Part shown: in pieces, positions 19,074 through 28,012 of the stretch
Layout of the letters: each line of letters begins with the position of its first letter
Numbering within the stretch: position 1 is the first letter of the stretch
Source of the DNA: an uncultured Nitrospiraceae bacterium
GTDB lineage: Bacteria > Nitrospirota > Thermodesulfovibrionia > Thermodesulfovibrionales > Dissulfurispiraceae
NCBI GenBank assembly: GCA_963727805.1
Contig: CAVSHF010000005.1
Coordinates: 864,001-928,000 of the forward strand
Direction of reading: 5' to 3'
Length of the DNA stretch: 64,000 nucleotides
Translations under genes and position numbers: made by a program
The notes under the pieces: model-generated
Database searches by the model: none
What the model was told of the DNA's origin: nothing
What the model saw: the letters and a program-made list of their open reading frames with translations, nothing else

Positions 19074-19829
19074 ATGACTATAAGTTTGTTCGATGTACAC
19101 AGAAAACTGATGCCCTCGCCGACGGAAGTAATAAACGAAGCTATAGAAAGAATACTCGTGCCACCCGATAATACTCCCGTCTATATCAAAAGCAATTTCA
19201 GTAAGCTTGTTGAGGAAATACAGGTTGATGCTTATGAAATATACTTGAAAGCTGAAAATGCTATTGGCCAAGAAACCTTTAAGAAGGCCTTGTCCGACAG
19301 ATGTCCGGAAGATGCAAGCAGGGATGAAGTCATCAAGATTGTCTGTTCGATGTTTCATGAATTCGACAGGTTCTATCTGTCGCTGACGCAGTCCCGCAGA
19401 CCGCGGGCTGGCAGTGCTTTTGAAATAGTACTGAAGACCCTGTTTAAACACATGAAATATCCGTTCGATGAACAACAGGTGATAAACGGCAAGCCTGATT
19501 TTCTTATGCCGAGCAAGAAGCATTACGACAAAAACCCAATGGACTGCATCATATTCACCGCAAAAAGGAGTCTGAGGGAGAGATGGCGTCAAATTGTTAC
19601 CGAGGGCACAAGAGGGCTGGGATTTTATCTTGCCACAATCGATGAGGCTGTTAGCCCCCCTCAGCTGGAGGAAATGTTAAACCACAGGATTTATGTCATT
19701 GTTCCTATCAATATCAAGCAAAAGGTAAAGGTATATGCTGACGCACAGAATGTCATAACCTTTGAGGAGTTTTTCAGACACCATCTGGACCCTGCGGTAG
19801 ACCGATGGAGAGATAAAGGAGTCATATAG
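19074..19829 (+). CDS. Type II restriction endonuclease, EcoRII-C/PspGI/SsoII family (likely CCWGG or CCNGG)
   Basis: SRRPRAGSAFE, KPDF..P, AKRSLRERWRQ; no EcoRII N-terminal effector domain. Confidence 0.9.
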   Translation: MTISLFDVHRKLMPSPTEVINEAIERILVPPDNTPVYIKSNFSKLVEEIQVDAYEIYLKAENAIGQETFKKALSDRCPEDASRDEVIKIVCSMFHEFDRFYLSLTQSRRPRAGSAFEIVLKTLFKHMKYPFDEQQVINGKPDFLMPSKKHYDKNPMDCIIFTAKRSLRERWRQIVTEGTRGLGFYLATIDEAVSPPQLEEMLNHRIYVIVPINIKQKVKVYADAQNVITFEEFFRHHLDPAVDRWRDKGVI

Positions 19830-19844
19830 ACGGCAATTTGCCCA

Positions 19845-21341
19845 TCACCTGAGAATGTTCTTTCTCCTTTTCGCCACTTCGTCCATAATACTTTTATCCC
19901 CATCAATCTTGCCAAAAAGTTTTTCAGCATGATAAGTATTCCCAGTGCCGATTATCATAAATTCTTCCGGGTTAAGCGGTTCTTGTACTCTTCGATAAGA
20001 GTCTCGACCTGAATCCACACCAGATGTTTCAAAACAGTCATCGCTATCTTTTTTACTTCTTCTAATTGTCTCCGTTACAATCTTGCTGGTAATCCATAAC
20101 AAATTATCTGCTAGTTTCTTATCTTGGATTAGAGGGATAGGGGAGAGCTTGTCCCCCTGCCTCGGATCCACCAATATTACATGCAAAAGGGGTTTGTTAT
20201 CCCTGGAAAGCCATTCAATCAGCTTAACAAAAGGGTTAATATCCAGTCCAAACCTATCGTCTGCAGTAGGATATTTTCTTTTAAATTCGACCGGAACAAT
20301 CTCACCCTCGACCTTAATGAAACAATCCAAGTCAGAAGGCTGCCTTGCGAACAAAGGGAATAGCCAGCAATTCATGAAAATTCTACTTATTGCAAGTGAC
20401 TCGATCTCTTCCGGAGGTAGTTTGTCAATCGCTTCAAGCACTGCATTGTCAATTCCAGAATTATCCGGATTCTTAGGTTCAACAGCGTTGCCTAATCCAA
20501 GCTTTTCTTTGACAAAAACATCGATTGGCAAAGCGCGCGATTTGTTCTCGCCGTATAAGATTGCATTATACATCTCTTTGTCAAAGTTGACCCGTGTAAC
20601 GATTGAATTTCGACTCTTAAGATATTTGGCTATTTCATCATCAAAATCATTCCATCTATTGTGATGATGTTCGAGTCTGAACCAATATTTCGGAACCTCG
20701 CCCATCGGTGTTTCCTGAGGGTAGATAACTTCAACCAATAATCTGTTAAGTCTGCGGATTTCTGTCTTCTCACCCGATGTAAGTTCTCGCGATGATTCTC
20801 TCCTCCAACTTTCTGTCTTTTTTACGAGGTCATATATCTGGCATGTTAATAGCAGTTGTTGATTCTTATTTATTATCTTCTCGTATAGACTCGGCAAACT
20901 GATTACTTCATTGAGCCAACTCACGGTATTAATATCAGCGTTTATTTCGCCAATTGCATAGCCTGCATCAGAGATTTTCTGGCACAGTATCCTGATATCT
21001 ATTCTTGGATTTTTAAATTCACGAGAAGAAAATTCGATGACCTTCTTAAATTGGAAAGCCCATCCTTTTGTCATTAATTGTGAAGTTCGACGGCAATATT
21101 CTTCGAGCTGTGATATGAATTTGTACTCAAATATAAAAGCCGGTACGCGTTTCATCCCTTCTGCCATCAGCAACTCTCCGAAGTGCTCTCGATTGGATAT
21201 ATCAAACCGCTTGTTATAGTGAGCACAGCAAATGCTTCGTTGAGTGGCTCTTTTCATTTGTGAAGAAACTTTATTGGAATTTATCAAGTCCTCACACTGA
21301 TCACTCTTGTGTTCTTTGCGAAACTTATCCAGCTTATTCAT
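19845..21341 (-). CDS. Putative PD-(D/E)xK nuclease
   Basis: SDLDCFI...VEFKRKYP; homologous to 16022-17077. Confidence 0.55.
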   Translation of the reverse strand: MNKLDKFRKEHKSDQCEDLINSNKVSSQMKRATQRSICCAHYNKRFDISNREHFGELLMAEGMKRVPAFIFEYKFISQLEEYCRRTSQLMTKGWAFQFKKVIEFSSREFKNPRIDIRILCQKISDAGYAIGEINADINTVSWLNEVISLPSLYEKIINKNQQLLLTCQIYDLVKKTESWRRESSRELTSGEKTEIRRLNRLLVEVIYPQETPMGEVPKYWFRLEHHHNRWNDFDDEIAKYLKSRNSIVTRVNFDKEMYNAILYGENKSRALPIDVFVKEKLGLGNAVEPKNPDNSGIDNAVLEAIDKLPPEEIESLAISRIFMNCWLFPLFARQPSDLDCFIKVEGEIVPVEFKRKYPTADDRFGLDINPFVKLIEWLSRDNKPLLHVILVDPRQGDKLSPIPLIQDKKLADNLLWITSKIVTETIRRSKKDSDDCFETSGVDSGRDSYRRVQEPLNPEEFMIIGTGNTYHAEKLFGKIDGDKSIMDEVAKRRKNILR

Positions 21342-21376
21342 AAGCCTCCCTATAGTTGTTGCATGACTTGGGATAA

Positions 21377-22294
21377 TTATTGTCCCAGATTTAGAAGGTC
21401 AGGCTGATCCTTTCGTGGGATGTGTTCCTCAACTTTTATGATTTCAAAGGATTTGTTTACGAAAGTATTAGCGATCTTATCGAATGTTCTCTTGAGACGC
21501 AGCTGAACCCGCAGTATATCGCCATTTGCAAACCGTTCACCCGACAGTATTTTATTGGTAAATTCCTTGTCCATAATTTTTGCAGCTATTTTATTACCTT
21601 TGTAAAAGAATTCCCATTTGTGATTTGCATCGAACACGATTTTGAATATATTTAGGAAAACATCTTCAACTATATCCGCTTGAGCATCTTGAGCTATCAT
21701 CACCGCTGTCGGATAGTCACGAAGAAGTAGGCTCATGAATTCTTCACGCTTGACTGCGATTAATGACTCGTTTGTTTTTGATCTCAATTCCACATCATCT
21801 ATCGCAGGGTCATAGTTTAACCTATCGAACTGCCGCTCAAAAGCATTGTGAACCCTGTCATTTTTGTTGTAGATATTGAATGTTCTCTTGTCGACAATGG
21901 TGATATTCCCACTATTGTTCGAGATTTCTATCCCAGTGTCTATTTCTTTATATTTTTCTGGCTTTTCACCCTTGAGGTTCAGTTTGAGCCTAATCAGTTC
22001 AACATAGATTTTGATAATTTCGGGGATACTGAATGCATGTTCGGATAAAACCCCTGCTATGGCACCCTCTATGATGTCAAAAGGAACATCAAAGCTGCCT
22101 GCCTGAAAAGGCTTAATTCTCACTTCAATACTCTTGCCCGTTATTAAATCCCTGTTTATCTCTTCGATTATTTCAGTGAAGGCTAAAAGTGTAGCGGCAA
22201 GGGTCTTGGAGTTGACTTCATTCTCTTTACAGCCGAAATGGAATAGAAAATTATCAGAGGATATCTGTTCAATCATATTCACCTCGGGCAGCAT
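21377..22294 (-). CDS. Hypothetical protein
   Basis: 305-aa ORF; F..GSF motif, beta-rich C-terminus; no catalytic motif recognised. Confidence 0.6.
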   Translation of the reverse strand: MLPEVNMIEQISSDNFLFHFGCKENEVNSKTLAATLLAFTEIIEEINRDLITGKSIEVRIKPFQAGSFDVPFDIIEGAIAGVLSEHAFSIPEIIKIYVELIRLKLNLKGEKPEKYKEIDTGIEISNNSGNITIVDKRTFNIYNKNDRVHNAFERQFDRLNYDPAIDDVELRSKTNESLIAVKREEFMSLLLRDYPTAVMIAQDAQADIVEDVFLNIFKIVFDANHKWEFFYKGNKIAAKIMDKEFTNKILSGERFANGDILRVQLRLKRTFDKIANTFVNKSFEIIKVEEHIPRKDQPDLLNLGQ

Positions 22295-22405
22295 TCATCA
22301 TCACTATTGTAGCTTCACAGCATGTTTACAAAATCGTACTCCTTTGTACGCATCATTGCAAGCGAAAAATATGTCCAGTCCCATTTTGCCTTGCATGGCA
22401 TTAAT

Positions 22406-22972
22406 TTATCGTGCTTCGCCCAGGAACTTTTTGAGCTTTTCTATGTCCGTCTGCGCCAGTTTAATCGCCTTTCCCGGTGCTTCACCTGATACCTCTGCCA
22501 GAATCTTCCGCATCTCCGTCCTCAGCAGTTCGAATTCGTCTATAAACACCTTCAGTGTCTTGTGCCTGAGTTGAGAGATAATTTTCTTAATATCCGCAGC
22601 CGCTTCATCGAATCTATTAAGTCGCGACAAGGCCGTGCCGCGAGCAACAAGAGCCCTGCTGAATCCGGGCTTAAGATCCAAAGCCTTGTTGAAATCCAAT
22701 ACAGCAGAATCGTTCTTGCCTACCATCAGCGCAGCCATACCGCGGTATAGATAGGCTTGAAAATAGGTGCTGTCAAGCTGAAGCGCTTTCTCAAAATCCT
22801 CAGTCGCCTTGTCGATCTCGCGGATCTGCAAGTAAGCTTGACCCCTGATGGTATGGATAATAGGCGGAAGAAACCGTGAATGAAGGAGTTTTGTAAGCAG
22901 TTCGATGCTCTCCTCCATTCTGCCAGCACAAAAAAGTACTTGGGCTTCATTTAACAACTCCATCGATATCAT
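22406..22972 (-). CDS. TPR repeat protein
   Basis: Repeated RG.AY..A..DF.KAL.L.P TPR units. Confidence 0.85.
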   Translation of the reverse strand: MISMELLNEAQVLFCAGRMEESIELLTKLLHSRFLPPIIHTIRGQAYLQIREIDKATEDFEKALQLDSTYFQAYLYRGMAALMVGKNDSAVLDFNKALDLKPGFSRALVARGTALSRLNRFDEAAADIKKIISQLRHKTLKVFIDEFELLRTEMRKILAEVSGEAPGKAIKLAQTDIEKLKKFLGEAR

Positions 22973-23058
22973 GGTGACTTCCTCCGGTAATGAGACTAGA
23001 TATTTCTCTTTACCACAGAACCCGTGGCTTCAGGGTTTTACTAATCTTTTTTCAGAAG

Positions 23059-23496
23059 CTATGCCCTATCTGTGCATCTCTGGTCAATGGAACTAAGGAT
23101 CTCCTTAAAAAGAATCTCATCATCATTATTCGTATCTGTAATCATTGTTGTAACGCCATAGTGCAGCATGATATTTACATTGAACACTTCGCATTTCCTG
23201 AAATCGGTCCTGACTCCTACAATTTGTTTCCCTAGCCCGTAGGCAAAGCCAACCTCCCAACATGTTCCGGAGTCAGCGTCCGGACCGTCCAGTATTGCCA
23301 GAATGGTGTCTGCTTTTTCGACACCACTCTTACAGACCCTAAAGATTTCCTCAGGGGCAGTGTCCAGTCCAGCACATTCTTCTTGTGGCAAGATTACAGT
23401 GAATCCATTTTTCACAAGAAAATTCCGCAGTTTTATGTTCCACTGCTTCTCTGCAGTGGAGAATAAAGGCCCAGCCAAATAGATCTTTTTCACCAA
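23059..23496 (-). CDS. Nucleoside 2-deoxyribosyltransferase / nucleotide N-hydrolase family
   Basis: IYLAGPLFS, LPQE, DSGTCWEVGFA, RTDFR, N.M motifs. Confidence 0.9.
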   Translation of the reverse strand: MVKKIYLAGPLFSTAEKQWNIKLRNFLVKNGFTVILPQEECAGLDTAPEEIFRVCKSGVEKADTILAILDGPDADSGTCWEVGFAYGLGKQIVGVRTDFRKCEVFNVNIMLHYGVTTMITDTNNDDEILFKEILSSIDQRCTDRA

Positions 23497-23750
23497 AAGC
23501 CTCCTTACGAATGGGGTTGCCTCTAAATAAGAAACTCTTTCCCAATCAAGTGCTTATAAGATTCATATATCGTACCTTTATATCAGCGTCTAAAATGACT
23601 TTACCCTTTGCTTTTGTCCTTTAATGCCTGAGCGCAACATATCCCCGTAGTTGATTATCGGGGAATAACGTATCCCCTTAATCTCAGGCAAGGAAAACCG
23701 TCGAGCATCTTTGAGCAGTTCGCTTCTTAAAGCTGTATATTTTTAGGGTA

Positions 23751-23779
23751 TTTACAGCGAACGTTCGTTCGCCTATAAT
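23751..23779 (+). promoter_or_regulatory. Promoter with SOS (LexA) box in the spacer
   Basis: TTTACA-17 bp-TATAAT; the spacer contains GCGAAC-GTTC-GTTCGC (GAAC-N4-GTTC). Confidence 0.8.
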
Positions 23780-23785
23780 AAAAGT

Positions 23786-24379
23786 ATGTCAAAAGCAATT
23801 TCTGCGGATGCACTCCAAGAGAGAGCTGATAAAATTAGAGACTTTTACTCAGCTAGAGATCGAATGCCGAGCTATTCTGAAATTGCCGGGATATTGGGAT
23901 TCAACTCAAAAAGTTCGGTATTCAAACTAATCGCAAAACTTGAGCAGAATAATTATCTTTTACGAGATGAAACCGGCAGGCTTATCCCTGGGCAGATGAA
24001 ACACTCCCTTCGTGTTTTGGGCACCATCGAAGCTGGGTTTCCAAGTCCGGCCGAAGAGGAACTCGCCGATACACTTTCGCTGGATGAATTGCTCATTAAA
24101 AACCCTCAGGCAACATTTCTTCTGAAGGTATCCGGTGATTCCATGTCTGAAGCAGGGATATTGCCTGGTGACATGGTCATAATTGATCGCTCGCTGGAGC
24201 CAAAAGGCGGCGATATAGTAATCGCTGAAGTGGACGGCAATTGGACGATGAAGTATCTCGACAAACAGGGTGACGAAGTAACTTTGGTACCTGCTAATCG
24301 GAAATATAAACCTATTAAACCACTACGAGAGTTAAAGATCGCCGGGGTTGTCACTTCAGTCATACGAAAATATCAATAA
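23786..24379 (+). CDS. lexA: LexA-family repressor (wHTH + S24 peptidase)
   Basis: PSYSEIA..LG..S.S HTH; AG cleavage site (EAGFPS); GDSM Ser and TMK Lys catalytic motifs. Confidence 0.9.
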   Translation: MSKAISADALQERADKIRDFYSARDRMPSYSEIAGILGFNSKSSVFKLIAKLEQNNYLLRDETGRLIPGQMKHSLRVLGTIEAGFPSPAEEELADTLSLDELLIKNPQATFLLKVSGDSMSEAGILPGDMVIIDRSLEPKGGDIVIAEVDGNWTMKYLDKQGDEVTLVPANRKYKPIKPLRELKIAGVVTSVIRKYQ

Positions 24380-24393
24380 CCTTTTGACAGTTC

Positions 24394-25410
24394 ATGACCA
24401 AGAAATCGTCACCTAAATTAAAAGACCTAGCTGCGATGAGCCGCAAATGGCCTAAGCTTGGCAAGGCCGAGGCTGATAAGTTAATGCAGGACATTGAAGG
24501 GATGAGGCATCCAGTCTGCCCAGTCTGCGCAGAAAAAGATGCTGTCAGCAGGGACAACTTTGAACTGCCCTCTGAGGTGGACTTTACTGGTGGGGTGCGG
24601 GGTAGATTTTATAAGAAACCATGCAGAAAGGGAAAAAACAATATGGAAATATTATCGGAGAAAATCACAGAAGTATGCGATATGGAAGTCGAGTTTAAAG
24701 GTCGGGAACACCAGGTTCTTTACGAACATGCCAAGAAGAATATGCCCAAGAAGATACTGGACGGTCTTATGATTAGCTGGGCTCTTGGCGATATACTGCG
24801 GAAGAAGTTAAAGGAACTAAGAGACAAAATGAGTCCGCAGGCGCGAGCGGCGGCTGAGAAGAAAACACAACGGATGGAGCTTGCCTTAGATATCACCGAA
24901 AAACTTTTCGGAGAAGCTCCACTTCACTTAAAGAGACCACAGACGGTCGAACTTGCCAAACTCAAGATACGACAACTTCTTGTTCTCGCGCAAGTAAAGG
25001 CCTTACCTATCCCAAAAGACATCAGGGAGAAGATCGTTACTTCGCTTGGGAGCGACAACATTGTGGTGCGCATGGAGAAGAGGTGGCGTATTGTCAGAAC
25101 TGTAATATCTGCTGAAAGGGAAGGTCTTTACGAAGCTGCCGAACACGCAACGGGAGAAGTTTTAACGGATCTGTGTGAGGGCGTTACTCCGCAGAACGGG
25201 CATGGAGAAGTAGATTTCAAGCCTTGCCCTGTAAAGCTAAAGAAAGAAGGGAAGGTATGGATAGCAAGCTGTCCTAGTCTGGATATCCACTCTCGGGGAG
25301 CGACAAAAAACAAGGCTAGGGAAAACCTCGGCGAAGCCATTCGCCTTTTCATAAAAACATGCTCTAGCAGGGGAACCCAAGAAAATGACCAGAAAAGAAA
25401 AGACATATAG
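24394..25410 (+). CDS. Mosaic protein with C-terminal HicB-like domain and several other antitoxin-like segments
   Basis: HicB-type KEGKVWIASCPSLDIHSRGATKNKARENLGEAI; also EVDFTGGVRGRFY, ELRDKMSPQARAAAEKK, LTDLCEGVTPQNGHGEVDF. The start may be the internal ATG at 24643. Confidence 0.6.
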   Translation: MTKKSSPKLKDLAAMSRKWPKLGKAEADKLMQDIEGMRHPVCPVCAEKDAVSRDNFELPSEVDFTGGVRGRFYKKPCRKGKNNMEILSEKITEVCDMEVEFKGREHQVLYEHAKKNMPKKILDGLMISWALGDILRKKLKELRDKMSPQARAAAEKKTQRMELALDITEKLFGEAPLHLKRPQTVELAKLKIRQLLVLAQVKALPIPKDIREKIVTSLGSDNIVVRMEKRWRIVRTVISAEREGLYEAAEHATGEVLTDLCEGVTPQNGHGEVDFKPCPVKLKKEGKVWIASCPSLDIHSRGATKNKARENLGEAIRLFIKTCSSRGTQENDQKRKDI

Positions 25411-25927
25411 GTTTGCCGCCGTAGCGTACAATGTTGATCCTGAACTAGTCGATAACAGGACAGTCCGGATAATGAAGGTCAAGGCCTTACGATCAGATTC
25501 TTCAGAGAAAATCGCAGAGAATCGAATAGAGAAGCTGAATAAGCAGACAGGAGTCACATGGACGCTCCACAGCGAACCTCACAGATTGTCGGACCGCCAG
25601 GAGCGGGCAAATAGAATGGCCAGGTTTACGGGGCGAGCGAACGACGCTATGTGGGCGACTATTATGTCGCATCGGGATTTCTGGGGCGAGATTGAAAAAC
25701 TGACACAGTCAGAGAAATATATGTCTGCGAAAGGTCCTGACCGGGTGCTTATGAAAATCGAGCTGCTGCACGGGAAAGTCGGAAATACGGAATCACTTCG
25801 GGAAGCTGCTGAGTTTGCTAGGTTAGCCGCGTTGGAGACGACGCGAAAGGTGTACCGGCGGAGCACGAAGAAATGCGGACGCCATACCCATGGAATCGAT
25901 GCGCGAAGCAGTGAGGGGGCTGCATAA
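25385..25927 (+). CDS. Hypothetical protein in lexA operon
   Basis: 180-aa ORF overlapping the upstream stop. Confidence 0.5.
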   Translation: MTRKEKTYRFAAVAYNVDPELVDNRTVRIMKVKALRSDSSEKIAENRIEKLNKQTGVTWTLHSEPHRLSDRQERANRMARFTGRANDAMWATIMSHRDFWGEIEKLTQSEKYMSAKGPDRVLMKIELLHGKVGNTESLREAAEFARLAALETTRKVYRRSTKKCGRHTHGIDARSSEGAA

Positions 25928-26223
25928 ATTTGGACTCATAACTACGAAAGAGAACGGTGATATATCGAAGGCAAGACGCAGGTGTAATTTTTTCTATCTG
26001 TCAGTGGACCTCAATAAAGAAAACCTTGAACTCTCCGATAAGATATATTATGTGTTCCGGGGAGGTTGCAGTATGGGCGAGAAGTGGAGTAGATGCAATC
26101 ATTTGTAAATCTATAAGTATGAAAAAGATGAAAGACATAGGAAGCGAAAAAGCAACAAATGATTTAAATGATAGTAGCATAAAGTGCGATACAATAATTA
26201 AGGAGTAACGGAGGATTGATCAT

Positions 26224-26385
26224 ATGCCGACGTACATTATCAGTCTATTAATTATCCTTTTCGTATATATAGTTCTAAGAATGGTTTTTAGATATTATGA
26301 AAAGAAGAACGACGCAATGATGTCCGAATGGATAGCAGCGGTAAGGAAATATGCTTCTAACCTGTCTCAATCAAAAAAACAGTAG
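26224..26385 (+). CDS. Small single-TM protein (53 aa)
   Basis: Read manually: MPTYIISLLIILFVYIVLRMVF..., RBS GGAGGA. Confidence 0.5.
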   Translation: MPTYIISLLIILFVYIVLRMVFRYYEKKNDAMMSEWIAAVRKYASNLSQSKKQ

Positions 26386-26741
26386 TATATAAGCTACAAT
26401 GTTTTTAGGGGGACACATCCCCAAACCCTATCTTCCGACTTCCTGGAATATAAATATCTACGATAATCCTTACCGCAACTGATTGCGGTCATCAACCACT
26501 AGGATATTAAAACGCCAATCCAAGGAAGCAATCATGCCAAAAACGGCAAAGAAGAACCCAATTAATAATATCATGGCACATTACACGGGGCGACAAACTA
26601 TGCTCCCTATGCCTTCGTGTCATTACAGGTAGTTCGCAATTTTCATAACGCCGGCATTGTGCTATAGTTATAAGAAAATACATGTAAAGAAGGATGCTTC
26701 ATACATTACTTGTTAGCTTGACAGTGTGGAGGGGCAAATCA

Positions 26742-27494
26742 ATGCCGGACACCGGTTATGGAGAGCATGGCTTTAAGGAACTTGAAAAGTTATATTGTGA
26801 GAAGCCTTATCAAGGGCAGAACCCCCAGGTTGCTAAAGTTATCTTCCTCGGGCGGGATGCCAATTACCCAAGAATAATAGGGGATAGCGATTTCTTTAAA
26901 TTTATAATTGAATATCATAGAGACGGCGTAGCTTTCTGGAAAAAGTACGGCATACATCACCCATTTCTTCATCCTGAATACCCATATAATAAAAATAAGG
27001 ACAAACGATACAAGGACGGCGTTAAGTATCATGAAGTATTTGCAAAAATGTGCTTAAGTGCAAAATATGCAGAGTATATATCTTTTGTGGAGATACTTAA
27101 TCGGCCAACTGCGGGCAATACTGGACAAGATACAGAAGACTGGTTTGAAAAAAATATTTCTGACGGGCATATAGCTTTTCTGGAAGAAACGTTCAGGAGC
27201 GCAGGCAAAACAATAATATTTATTCCTAAGACTGTAATCGGTGTCGACCTTAAAAAAGTTAAAGACAAGACAGGCCGTTTTGCATGGTTATTGGCAAAGG
27301 ATCGGAACTCAGACAAAGACGAACCTGACTGCATATTAACGGAAGGAAAAGTTAGTTTCTATAAGTGCAACCATTTTTCAGGTGCAATATCAAACCATCA
27401 TTTATGCTGCATATCGAATATAATAAGAAATTGTGCCGACCCTTATATCTGGGGAACAAATAAAGGTGCCGGAAACGGCCCCGCCTCTGGGTGA
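26742..27494 (+). CDS. Hypothetical protein (possibly UDG-like fold)
   Basis: GQNP..AKVIFLG.DAN N-terminal and HFS C-terminal motifs; RBS GGAGG. Confidence 0.55.
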   Translation: MPDTGYGEHGFKELEKLYCEKPYQGQNPQVAKVIFLGRDANYPRIIGDSDFFKFIIEYHRDGVAFWKKYGIHHPFLHPEYPYNKNKDKRYKDGVKYHEVFAKMCLSAKYAEYISFVEILNRPTAGNTGQDTEDWFEKNISDGHIAFLEETFRSAGKTIIFIPKTVIGVDLKKVKDKTGRFAWLLAKDRNSDKDEPDCILTEGKVSFYKCNHFSGAISNHHLCCISNIIRNCADPYIWGTNKGAGNGPASG

Positions 27495-27527
27495 TTTCCG
27501 GCGTTAGCCGGAGGGAAATTTATTATT

Positions 27528-27923
27528 ATGAACAAACAAGTCTCCATATATTGCAGGGCCTGCGCTGAAAGTATTCTCAAACAATGGAAGGGCTGGCCCC
27601 ATAGGGACGCGGTTCCTTTACTCCCGACATCGATTGATGGCAAGTGCGAAAATTGCGGTGGAAATGAAACACTCATTTCAACCGATATCACTTGGTTTAA
27701 TTATCACAACGAATACAGCACCGGGTTGCCCGATTACTGGCTTCTGAAAATTAACCCCAATGGAAACAAGTGGGGGTTCCCGTACTACACTGAAAGTGCA
27801 TGCCGTAAATGCAACGAGAGAACAATACTGAGCTTGATGAATTACCCAAATGGTTCACGAGAAATCAGGTATAATTGTGAAAAATGCGGCGTGTTAACGT
27901 GGGGGACCAACAAAGGGACATGA
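27528..27923 (+). CDS. Hypothetical Zn-finger protein (4 CxxC)
   Basis: CRAC, CENC, CRKC, CEKC; RBS GGAGG. Confidence 0.65.
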   Translation: MNKQVSIYCRACAESILKQWKGWPHRDAVPLLPTSIDGKCENCGGNETLISTDITWFNYHNEYSTGLPDYWLLKINPNGNKWGFPYYTESACRKCNERTILSLMNYPNGSREIRYNCEKCGVLTWGTNKGT

Positions 27924-28012
27924 AAATGACGACAAGAACGTTACGCCTTCTAAATATTGAATAAAATCTGAAGCCCTGATAAAGTCAGATATTACAAGGC
28001 ACGGGAGGTTTT

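Noticed and set aside
18828..20664. Long antisense ORFs (18828-19592 minus, 20083-20664 plus) and similar shadows elsewhere
   Set aside because: They fully overlap well-supported genes on the opposite strand.
23786..24379. umuD of a umuDC mutagenesis cassette
   Set aside because: It has an N-terminal HTH, and no Y-family polymerase follows.
26200..28000. Integron cassette array
   Set aside because: No intI gene and no attC (RYYYAAC...GTTRRRY) structure recognised between the genes.
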